Shown here: piece after piece, positions 8,924-16,743 of the stretch | How positions within the stretch are numbered: position 1 is the first letter of the stretch | How the letters are laid out: every line of letters starts with the position of its first letter | From: Candidatus Eiseniibacteriota bacterium | Lineage (GTDB): Bacteria; Eisenbacteria; RBG-16-71-46; CAIMUX01; VGJL01 | Length of the DNA stretch: 64,000 nt | Reading direction: 5' to 3' | NCBI GenBank assembly: GCA_016867495.1 | Contig: VGJL01000002.1 | Span: 11,185-75,184, forward strand | Translations under genes and position numbers: made by a program | The notes under the pieces: generated by a model | What the model was told of the DNA's origin: nothing | Database searches by the model: none | What the model saw: the letters and a program-made list of their open reading frames with translations, nothing else

Positions 8924-9533
8924 ACGCGCCCGAGTGGATCCGAGAAACGGGCGGGCGCGCCGCGAGGCCCGGCGCGATGTGTCGCGTTGTGACCCGCTCC
9001 GCGCTAGCGGATTCGAAGCATGGTTCCCGTTGCGGTCTGGGGGCCTCTCTCCGCCCGCCAGAAGAAGGCTCCTGACGGGACGGGGCGTCCGAGCTGATGC
9101 GGCAGTCGACCAGATCGAGATGGGTGAGACCGAACAGGTGGTCTCCCGCCGCGTCGGCGGCCACCCGCGTCAAGTCCTGCGGCGATGGGCTCGAGCCGTC
9201 GAGCAGCCTGACCGGCATGAAGTCCAGGTCGGCGCCCTGAAGGAGGCGGAAACCGTAGTAGGGCCGCTGCCCCGCGGGCCCGGGGACCGTCCCCTCGATC
9301 GTCGAGGGCCCGTCCAGTACGGCGGTCATAGCTGCTTCCTGTATGCCCGCAGAGGCGAAGAGGATCTGATTCTGGACGCCGGCCCCCGTGGGGTTCTCCG
9401 CGCGAACCGTCACACGCCCATCAGGCAGGGGCGCGTTGTGGCGGATCTGGTTCCAGTAGTCATGACCGCGAGCCTGTGACGCCGCCGCGAGAAGGGATGC
9501 GAACAGAAGCAACGCGATCGGTGCAGAACGCAT
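8868..9533 (-). CDS. Hypothetical secreted protein, possibly a truncated remnant
   Basis: Track ORF trimmed to MRSAPIALLLFASLLAAASQARG (signal peptide). The first ~135 aa look protein-like. The last ~70 aa are Arg-rich and overlap the 3' end of the ArsG-like gene, which suggests read-through after truncation. Confidence 0.3.
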   Translation of the reverse strand: MRSAPIALLLFASLLAAASQARGHDYWNQIRHNAPLPDGRVTVRAENPTGAGVQNQILFASAGIQEAAMTAVLDGPSTIEGTVPGPAGQRPYYGFRLLQGADLDFMPVRLLDGSSPSPQDLTRVAADAAGDHLFGLTHLDLVDCRISSDAPSRQEPSSGGRREAPRPQREPCFESASAERVTTRHIAPGLAARPPVSRIHSGASRSPIRRGISRRGRGPRG

Positions 9534-9543
9534 CGGGCGCCTC

Positions 9544-9937
9544 CTATAGACGGTATCCAATCGTGATCCAGTGGCTCTGGTTCCGCAGGGGAACGGGGTC
9601 GTTCTCGATGAGGACCTGTTCGTCGCCGAACGGCACGTATGCGTATGTGGGAAGACGGAACTCGTTCCAGCCGATCGTGAAGCGATACTCCATGGCGAGG
9701 TCGATGCCCGCCAACGCGGAATCCGACCCGAAGCCAAGCGCCAAGCTGGTGTCGGATTCGGAGCCAGGGCTGTCACCCGACTGGGCGGAATGGAATCCCG
9801 CGCGCTCCTTGTCGAGAGTCCCTAGGCTCAGGCCGATGCCCGGGCCGATGTACCCGCGAAGGGCCCCGGGGGCGGCCGGCCCCGTCGGGGCGGCAGCCCC
9901 TATGCAGACCGCCAGCAGGAGAACCAGACCTCTTCAT
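9544..9937 (-). pseudogene. Small outer-membrane beta-barrel-like protein with an apparent frameshift inside the signal peptide
   Basis: The ATG at 9937 has AGGAG 7 nt upstream and encodes MKRSG. The hydrophobic core (GLVLLLAVCIGAAAP) and the body (...GIDLAMEYRFTIGWNEFRLPTYAYVPFG...HWITIGYRL, track ORF 9544..9744) lie in a different frame that opens right after a TGA overlapping the ATG. Confidence 0.35.
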
Positions 9938-10122
9938 AGATCGTCTCCTGGACGTCGACTTTCATGAGAACGACTCTCTCCACGCGGTCAGGAGGGACTC
10001 TTCCCGCCGAAATGATTCTCCCTCTAGCAAACTCGATCGCTGCGCCCTAGCATGGTCTCGGCATTCGTCTGTTTGTTGCCCGGCAGCTCGGCAGGTGGCC
10101 GCCGGCCGGGCAGGCCGCAGCA

Positions 10123-11652
10123 ATGAAGGGAGCCATGAAGATGAGCAGGTTATTCCTTGTACTCGCGTTGTTAGGATCTCTGGCGCTGGCGTCATGCAGC
10201 GACGATGAGAACAATGGGAATCCATCCGACACGACAGATCCCGAAGTCACGATCCAGCAGCCTGCGAATGGAGCCACGCTGCCCGCGGGCGCTGTCGGAA
10301 TCTCCGCGCTCGCCACGGACAACCAGGCAGTCGCGAAGGTTGAGTTCGCTGTCGACGGAACGACCATAGGCGAGGATGCGACCGGGGTGGCCAACGTCTA
10401 TCAGTACACCTGGGATGCATCGGGTGCGGCGGCGGGTAGCCATACGATCCGGGCGCGGGCCATAGACACCTCGGGCAACGACAAGGATGCCGCCGTCACG
10501 GTCACGATCACCTCGGGCGGCGGACCCACGTACCATTCAGAGAACATCACAACCGACGAGACCTGGCGCGCGTCAGGCAATCCGCACATCGTGACCGGAC
10601 CGATCGGTGTCGGAAACGGAACCCCAGGCCTCTCGGCCACGCTGACGATCGAGCCTGGCTGCATCGTCAAGTTCGCAGCCGATGCCGACGCGGGCCTCGG
10701 TTGCGGGTGGGTTGCCTCAGGTTCGATCGTTGCCGTCGGCACGCCGACGCTTCCCATCCTCTTCACCTCGAACGCCGCCATCCCTCAGCGTGGCGACTGG
10801 CGCGGGTTCAGCTTCTTCGAAGGGACCATGGCGACCGCGCGCTTCAGCTACTGCACGATCGAGTACACCGGCTACGACGACGGAGCGGGTCTCTACGTCT
10901 CCTGGGGCGCCGCAGTCCGGATGGACCACAGCACGATTCGCCTGGGCGCCGGCCCCGGGGTCAGCTATGACCACGCTGGCCACGTCGAGCAGTTCAACAA
11001 CAACATCATCACTGGCTGTGCCGGGTACGCCCTGGAGACCGAACCCGAGTACGCGCGTCATCTGGGCGTGGGCAACAACCTCTCCGGGAACGACCCGGGC
11101 AAGGACAAGGTCATGCTCTATGACGGCGTGGTCGTGACGAGCGGCACTTGGCGCAGTCAGGGCGTGCCGTTCGAGGTCGCGCAGGTGAACGAGGGCGGCG
11201 GCATCTATATCACCCCCACCGACGGCACCACGGCGATCCTCACGATCGAGCCGGGAACCACGATACGGTTCAGCGCCGGATCACAGGTCCTCATCGGTTA
11301 CGGCGGTTCCCTCGGGGGACTCAGGGCGGTGGGGACGGAGTTGCAGCCGATCACGTTCACCAGCGCTGCCTCCAACCCTCAGCCAGGCGACTGGCAGCAG
11401 ATCAACTTCGCGGACGGCACGGCGGACGCTCAGTCGCGCCTCGAACATTGCGTCATCGAGTACGGCGGCAGCGCGGGCTACGGGAACGTCTTGATCGCTG
11501 ATGCGCTTCCCAGCATCTCGAACTGCTCCATTGGAAACGGCTCCAGCCACGGGATCGTCCTCGCGGGGTTCGAGTACCCAAGCGCAGGAACTCTCGAGGC
11601 GAACAACACGTTCTATAGCCTTGCCGGCGAGAACGTGCACGTGGAGCCGTAG
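10123..11652 (+). CDS. Secreted lipoprotein with an N-terminal Ig-like domain and parallel beta-helix-like repeats
   Basis: 509 aa. Lipobox LGSLALASC. An Ig-like segment (VEFAVDGTTIGEDA...YQYTWDASGAAAGSHTIRARAIDTSGN) is followed by two similar blocks (TLTIEPGCIVKF.../ILTIEPGTTIRF... and ...PILFTS.../...PITFTSAAS...GDW). The start may be Met-5 or Met-7. Confidence 0.65.
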   Translation: MKGAMKMSRLFLVLALLGSLALASCSDDENNGNPSDTTDPEVTIQQPANGATLPAGAVGISALATDNQAVAKVEFAVDGTTIGEDATGVANVYQYTWDASGAAAGSHTIRARAIDTSGNDKDAAVTVTITSGGGPTYHSENITTDETWRASGNPHIVTGPIGVGNGTPGLSATLTIEPGCIVKFAADADAGLGCGWVASGSIVAVGTPTLPILFTSNAAIPQRGDWRGFSFFEGTMATARFSYCTIEYTGYDDGAGLYVSWGAAVRMDHSTIRLGAGPGVSYDHAGHVEQFNNNIITGCAGYALETEPEYARHLGVGNNLSGNDPGKDKVMLYDGVVVTSGTWRSQGVPFEVAQVNEGGGIYITPTDGTTAILTIEPGTTIRFSAGSQVLIGYGGSLGGLRAVGTELQPITFTSAASNPQPGDWQQINFADGTADAQSRLEHCVIEYGGSAGYGNVLIADALPSISNCSIGNGSSHGIVLAGFEYPSAGTLEANNTFYSLAGENVHVEP

Positions 11653-11687
11653 GGGCGCCTGCGGAGCCCGTTCGTAGGAGACAGGAT

Positions 11688-11724
11688 GCGTGCCGCGCAC
11701 CGGATCGACGGATGCGCGGCACGC
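11688..11724. terminator. 12-bp-stem hairpin between convergent genes
   Basis: GCGTGCCGCGCA (11688-11699), a 13-nt loop, then TGCGCGGCACGC (11713-11724). It sits between the lipoprotein stop (11652) and the isochorismatase-like stop (11730). No U-tract. Confidence 0.45.
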
Positions 11725-11729
11725 GACCT

Positions 11730-12178
11730 CTAAGGGCTCAAGCTGTCGAGTATCGCCTCGAGGGCCGCGAAGCCTACCGAATCGCAGATGTCCTCGATCA
11801 TGTCGGTCTGCGCCGCGTCGGGGCCGATCAGGCCATCCTTGACCATGAAGACCTTGTAGTCGAGATCCTGCGCTCCATGATAAGTCGCCAGAACGCATCC
11901 GGTCGAGCTGAGGCCGCAGAGGAAGACGGTGTTGCATCCCTTCTCGCGCAGCAGGTCTTGCAGGTTCGTCTTCTTGAACGAATTCGGGAAGTTCTTGATC
12001 ACCTTCGGATCATCGTCCTTGACCGTGATGGAAGGCATGAACTGGAAGCCGTCCGAATCCTTCGCGGGGCCCCACTTCGGATCCGTGTGGTAGACGCGGA
12101 TCACGGGCAGCCCGCGCTCCATCGAGGGGACAGGACGACAAGAGCAAGGATCAGGCTCAGGATCAGAATCCGCTTCAT
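11730..12178 (-). pseudogene. Isochorismatase/cysteine-hydrolase-like remnant: N-terminally truncated and out of frame with its signal peptide
   Basis: The body (track ORF 11730..12188) has the family Lys and Cys regions (VIKNFPNSFKKT, FLCGLSSTGCVLAT) but lacks the N-terminal strand carrying the catalytic Asp. The ATG at 12178 (SD GAGGTGG) encodes a textbook signal peptide MKRILILSLILALVVLSPRWSAGCP, then a stop at 12101-12103 in another frame. Confidence 0.45.
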
Positions 12179-12197
12179 CACACACCACCTCTTCCAG

Positions 12198-13474
12198 CTA
12201 GCGCCCCAGCACGAGCGTCGCGCGGCCCAGCTCCCGGCCGCCCGTTCGAACCGTCATGAAGTATGCGCCAGCCGGGGCGCTCCTGCCAGAGGCTTCGCGC
12301 CCGTCCCACCTGATCTCCCGAGATCCTCGCGCTTCGCTCGACCAGACGCGCCGCCCCGAGACGCTGAGGAGATCGACTTGAACCAGTCCCGCTGGCGCGG
12401 CATCACTCCACCGAATCGTCGCCCCGCCGCGCGCGGGATTCGGAGAGACGGTGACGTGAGCGACTCCCGAGACGGTCTCCGCGACTGCCGACGGCTGATC
12501 GATGTCGTACGAGAAGATGCTGCGGCCATAGGTGCCGGCCGTGAGCCGGCGCGTGACCGGATCGAGAGCGAGCGACGTCACGACGACGTTGGGGAGATCC
12601 GATCCCAGGACTGACGAGACACCTCCTCCATCCCGACTTTCGAAGACGCCCACGTCGGTCGCGGCGAAGAGCCGGGCCGGATCGGACGGATCGATCGCCA
12701 GGTCGTTGGCCGGCGCCTCGGGGAGGGTGCCGGCGATCGCCGTCCAGCTCGCGCCCATGTCGGTCGTGCGAAAGAGGTGGGGAAGCGGCTCTCCCCACCG
12801 GAAGCCGGAGATCGTCACGTAGGCCGTCTCCCGCGAAACGGGGCTCGCGTGCACCGATGTGATCCAGCGATCGGGCAGCATGCCGGAGACATCGGTCCAG
12901 GCTCCTCCCGAGTTCGTCGTCACCTGCACGCGCCCGTCATCGCTTCCCGCCCAGATCACGCTGGCATCGAGGGGCGAGCTGTCGATCGTGGTCAGCGTCC
13001 CATGGACCTGGCCCGGCGCGCCTCCGCCGCTTCCCCCCGTCAGATCGCCCCTGATCGCCGTCCAGCTCGTCCCGTTCGTGCTCCTGTAGACGCGCTGCGT
13101 GCCGTAGTACATGCGGTCCGGATTCGTCGCATCGAAGCGGATCGGCGTATTCCAGTTGTGCCTGTCACTGCCGCTGATCCCGCTCATCGCGCTCATCCAG
13201 CTCCCGCCGCCGCCCCCGCGAAGACGACGGCATCATTCCCGGGATCGACCGCGAGGTCCGTGATGCGCCCGCCGATGTTGGTGGGGCCGCGGAACTCCCA
13301 CGTCCCCCGGCCCGCCTTGCCCTGCTCCTTCATGGCCCGCGCCTCGATCTGGGCGGCCTCCCACGCCTCGCGCGGGATCTGGCCGAACGGGTATGCGCGC
13401 TCGAGGAAGAACCAGGGATTCGGCGCCTTCGGGGGCTTGCAGAGGGGAACGGGCTCGGTCGTGAACTCAGAGGA
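12198..13474 (-). pseudogene. BNR/sortilin-type beta-propeller protein with a FlgD-Ig/T9SS-like C-terminal domain; 5'-truncated and frameshifted
   Basis: C-terminal 332 aa = track ORF 12198..13196 (YRSTNGTSWTAI, TTNSGGAWTDV, TTDMGASWTAI, ESRDGGG repeats, tail ...GAYFMTVRTGGRELGRATLVLGR). An upstream fragment in another frame (13199..13474: ...NPWFFLERAYPFGQIPREAWE...TWEFRGPTNIGGRITDLAVDPGNDAVVFAGAAAGAG*) has no start or signal peptide and ends in a G-run where one indel would restore the frame. Confidence 0.55.
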
Positions 13475-13613
13475 CTATTGTACGCCAGTGGACGGTCGGC
13501 TCGCGCGCCGGGCGGGGGTCGATCAAACCACCGTCCACAACCGGGAGGCCGGCAACGCTTCACCGAGCCTCCGGACTCTGCCGGAAATGGTCCAATTCCT
13601 CGGTTACGACCCC
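13461..13613 (+). pseudogene. Remnant of an XRE-type helix-turn-helix gene
   Basis: ...LARRAGVDQTTVHNREAGNASPSLRTLPEMVQFLGYDP resembles helices 2-5 of small XRE regulators (canonical ...TV.NWE.G...P.....P.I..FLGY.P, here W->R). Helix 1 is missing. It abuts and overlaps the truncated 5' end of the BNR pseudogene on the other strand. Confidence 0.35.
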
Positions 13614-13820
13614 CGGTTGACCCCTGAGGCAAGTGATTCGAGAGGTCGTCCGCCGTGCCCTGGCACGGGGGAACGGCCGTTCCGGTCTTTCGGGACCCAC
13701 AGGACGCAACCCGGGATTGGGCTTGCTCTAGCTCCGGTCGGAGACGGAGCAAGTATCTCTTGTCAGATGCAATCGGCTGATCTACAATACCACTGCAAGA
13801 TGGCCGATTGGGGTGGTAAC

Positions 13821-15044
13821 ATGTTCTATACCAGGGGATTGCTGGATCGGATTTCAGCAGGATCGGCGCAGTTTCCTGCCCTTCTCCTCACCGGACCGCG
13901 CCAAGTCGGCAAGACCACCCTGCTCCAGCATGCCGCGGACACCGATCGCCGATACGTGACTCTGGACGATCCCACAGTCCGCGCTCTGGCCCGGGAGGAC
14001 CCCTCACTGTTCCTCCGCCAGAACCCTCCGCCCCTTCTGATCGACGAGGTCCAGTACGCGCCCGGGCTCTTTCCGTATCTCAAGGTCGAGATCGATCGCC
14101 TGAGGCGCCCGGGTCTCTTCTGGCTCACCGGCTCGCAGCAGTTTCACATGATGCGGGAGGTGACGGAGACGCTCGCCGGTCGCGTTGCCGTGATCCAAAT
14201 GCTGGGCTTTTCATGGCGTGAGGGAACCCGACGTCGTGTCGACCTCGAGCCATTCCTACCGACTCGGGAGTGCGTCGCCGATCGCATGGTGGATCGCGCC
14301 GGAGCCGACACCGAGGAACTGTACAGGTTCATCTGGACCGGTTCGATGCCCGTGTTGAGCGCTGGGCCCGTTCTGGACCGGAGTCTGTTCTTGAGTTCCT
14401 ACGTGCAGACCTACCTTCAGCGTGACGTTCGCGACCTCTCCCAGGTTGGAAGCCAGGAGTCGTTCCTGCGCTTTCTCAAAGCCTGTGCCGCCCGCACCGG
14501 CCAGATGTTGAATCTGTCGGACCTGGCCCGCGATGTCGACATCAGCGTCGGGACGGCGAGGAGCTGGCTTTCTATCCTGGAGGCCAGCCTGCAGGTCTAT
14601 CTGCTTCCCCCCTTCCACACCAACGTCACCAAGCGGCTGATCAAGCGACCGAAGATGTACTTCCTCGACACCGGGCTCTGCAGCTACCTCGCCGACTGGA
14701 CCTCGCCGGGGACCCTCGCCTCGGGCGCCATGGCGGGCGCCATCCTTGAGACCTTCGTCCTGGCTGAAATCCTCAAGAGCTGGTGGCACCGCATGAGACA
14801 GCCGAGTCTCTACTTCTACAGGGACAAAGATGGACGGGAAGTCGACTTCCTCTTCGCTCAGGATCGCGTCCTCTACCCGGTCGAGGTGAAGCGTTCCGCG
14901 ACACCCCAGCGGGACTGGAGACGGCCGCTGGCCGCGCTCGACCGGCTTTCCGGCCAGCGCGGCCCCGGAGCGGTGATCTGCCTGGCGGCGGCGCCGATCG
15001 CCTTGGATGAGCTGATCATGGCGGTTCCAGTCGACATTCTCTGA
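13821..15044 (+). CDS. AAA+ ATPase (AAA_14-like) with a DUF4143 / PD-(D/E)xK-like C-terminal domain, paralog 1
   Basis: Real start at ATG 13821 inside the 755-aa track ORF. Walker A LLTGPRQVGKTT, Walker B LLIDEVQ, C-terminal DGREVDFLF...YPVEVKRS (D...E.K pattern). Confidence 0.85.
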   Translation: MFYTRGLLDRISAGSAQFPALLLTGPRQVGKTTLLQHAADTDRRYVTLDDPTVRALAREDPSLFLRQNPPPLLIDEVQYAPGLFPYLKVEIDRLRRPGLFWLTGSQQFHMMREVTETLAGRVAVIQMLGFSWREGTRRRVDLEPFLPTRECVADRMVDRAGADTEELYRFIWTGSMPVLSAGPVLDRSLFLSSYVQTYLQRDVRDLSQVGSQESFLRFLKACAARTGQMLNLSDLARDVDISVGTARSWLSILEASLQVYLLPPFHTNVTKRLIKRPKMYFLDTGLCSYLADWTSPGTLASGAMAGAILETFVLAEILKSWWHRMRQPSLYFYRDKDGREVDFLFAQDRVLYPVEVKRSATPQRDWRRPLAALDRLSGQRGPGAVICLAAAPIALDELIMAVPVDIL

Positions 15045-15187
15045 ACAGGACGGTTCGGAACGCGGGAGTCTGACCTGTGCCCGTCCGGTGCCGAAGGCAG
15101 TTCCATCGCGCGTGCATCTCGAGGATCCTGGTGCGAAGTTCATAATCGATTTATAATAAATGCGTTATGTGGTTCGATGTCAGATTG

Positions 15188-15217
15188 ATCAGTGAGCAAG
15201 TATATTTGCTCACTGAT
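15188..15217. promoter_or_regulatory. Perfect 12-bp-arm palindrome (operator-like) in an AT-rich island upstream of paralog 2
   Basis: ATCAGTGAGCAA-GTATAT-TTGCTCACTGAT, followed by a TTGACC (15229-15234) -35-like hexamer and the AT-rich TAACTATAT just before the start codon. Confidence 0.5.
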
Positions 15218-15268
15218 TGAGAATTCTGTTGACCTCTCCTAACCTCACACCGTAACTATATCTTGGAT

Positions 15269-16450
15269 ATGCAGATCGAACGTCGAATCGTGGCTCGGAT
15301 CTTGGATCGGCTGTCGGCGGGACCGCAGCTGCTCCAGATCATCGTCGGGCCCCGTCAGGTCGGTAAGACCACTGCGGCTCTCGCCGTCGGCAAGCGCTGG
15401 AGTGGGCCGGTCCGTCACGCGGCCGCCGATCTCCCGCTGCCTCCCGGGCCCGAATGGATCAGGAACCATTGGGAGCTCGCGCGCAGAGACGCGCGGGAGG
15501 GTCCGGCCCTCTTGATCCTGGATGAAGTGCAGAAGGTGCGCGGATGGAGCGAGGCGGTCAAGGCCTGCTGGGATGAAGACCGGGCGGTCGGGAGAGAAAT
15601 CCGTGTCCTGCTTCTCGGTTCCTCCGCGCTGCTCCTCGCGCGAGGTGTGACGGAAAGCCTTGCAGGTCGCTTCTTCCTTCACCGCTGCCTGCATTGGTCC
15701 TGGCCGGAGTGCCGCGAAGCGTTCGGCTGGGACCTCGACCGCTGGATCTTCTTCGGGGGATACCCAGGCGCGGCCCCGCTCGCCGACGATCAGGCCGCCT
15801 GGCAGTCGTACGTCCTCGACTCGCTGATCGAGACGGTCCTTTCACGCGACGTGTTGTCGCTCCAGACGGTAGCCAAGCCGGCGCTTCTTCGGAATCTGTT
15901 CGCCTTCGCCGCCTCGCATCCCGCGCAGATCATCTCCTACAACAAGATGCTTGGCGAACTCCAGGACGCCGGCAACACGACGACGCTCGCGCATTACCTT
16001 CGCCTGCTGACCTCGGCGTTCCTGATCAGCGGACTCGAGCGGTTCTCCGCCGGGCAGGCGCGGACGCGAGGGTCCAGCCCGAAACTGGTCCCATGGAACA
16101 ACGCGTTGATCAGCGCGCTTCGCTTGCAACCATTCGTGGAGGCGCGCTCATTGCACGACGCATGGGGGCGCCTGGTGGAGAATGCCGTGGGCGCACATCT
16201 GTTGAATCACCTGCAGGGGCTGCCCTACGAGGTCACATACTGGCGTGACCGCAATGCCGAAGTCGACTTCGTGGTCCGCTCGCCGCGCGGCCTGTGGGCG
16301 ATCGAGGTCAAGAGCGGACGTCCCCGGAAGGCGCAAGGGATCGAGATGTTCCTCCGGAGGCATCCGAAGGCAAGATCCCTGCTTCTCGGCCCCGGGGGGA
16401 TGCCCCTGGAGGAGTTCTTCTCGCTGGATCCATCAGAGCTCTTCGTGTGA
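15269..16450 (+). CDS. AAA+ ATPase (AAA_14-like) with a DUF4143 / PD-(D/E)xK-like C-terminal domain, paralog 2 (divergent subfamily)
   Basis: Track ORF starts at TTG 15263; ATG 15269 is preferred. Walker A IVGPRQVGKTT, Walker B LLILDEVQ, C-terminal RNAEVDFVV...WAIEVKSG. Confidence 0.85.
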   Translation: MQIERRIVARILDRLSAGPQLLQIIVGPRQVGKTTAALAVGKRWSGPVRHAAADLPLPPGPEWIRNHWELARRDAREGPALLILDEVQKVRGWSEAVKACWDEDRAVGREIRVLLLGSSALLLARGVTESLAGRFFLHRCLHWSWPECREAFGWDLDRWIFFGGYPGAAPLADDQAAWQSYVLDSLIETVLSRDVLSLQTVAKPALLRNLFAFAASHPAQIISYNKMLGELQDAGNTTTLAHYLRLLTSAFLISGLERFSAGQARTRGSSPKLVPWNNALISALRLQPFVEARSLHDAWGRLVENAVGAHLLNHLQGLPYEVTYWRDRNAEVDFVVRSPRGLWAIEVKSGRPRKAQGIEMFLRRHPKARSLLLGPGGMPLEEFFSLDPSELFV

Positions 16451-16454
16451 GCGA

Positions 16455-16539
16455 GCCGCCCGGGAGTCTGCAAATCGCTCTCCGGCGACCGGGTCTTGCG
16501 AAAGCCACGGCAAGGCTCGCGTGATCGACCCGGCCGAGA
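16455..16539. repeat. 85-bp structured intergenic repeat, copy A
   Basis: Begins 5 nt after the paralog-2 stop. 79/85 identical to copy B (17969..18053). Contains two dyads: CCGGGAG...CTC(T)CCGG and CCGGGTC...GACCCGG. Confidence 0.8.
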
Positions 16540-16743
16540 TCCCGGCATGCCCCAAGCGCGCGGCACGGATTCCGTCCTCCGAGGACCGCGATATTCTGTT
16601 TGCTCACAGTCGGTTACGGGTAAGTGTGCAGATTGTAATTTGATATTTCAACTTGTGCGGGTCCATGGGCCGAACATAGAGTAGCTGATGCCAGCCGCTC
16701 CGCTCCCGCAGGCAGGACCACGCGGCCGCGCTTCAGGAGGTAG

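Noticed and set aside
12777-15044. 755-aa ORF in the track that would fuse the antisense of the BNR gene, the HTH remnant and the first AAA ATPase into one giant protein
   Set aside because: Its first ~350 aa are Arg/Pro/Ala-rich antisense shadow and linker junk (RGRPPCPGTGERPFRSFGTHRTQPGIG...). A good ATG at 13821 starts a protein colinear with the two full-length paralogs downstream.
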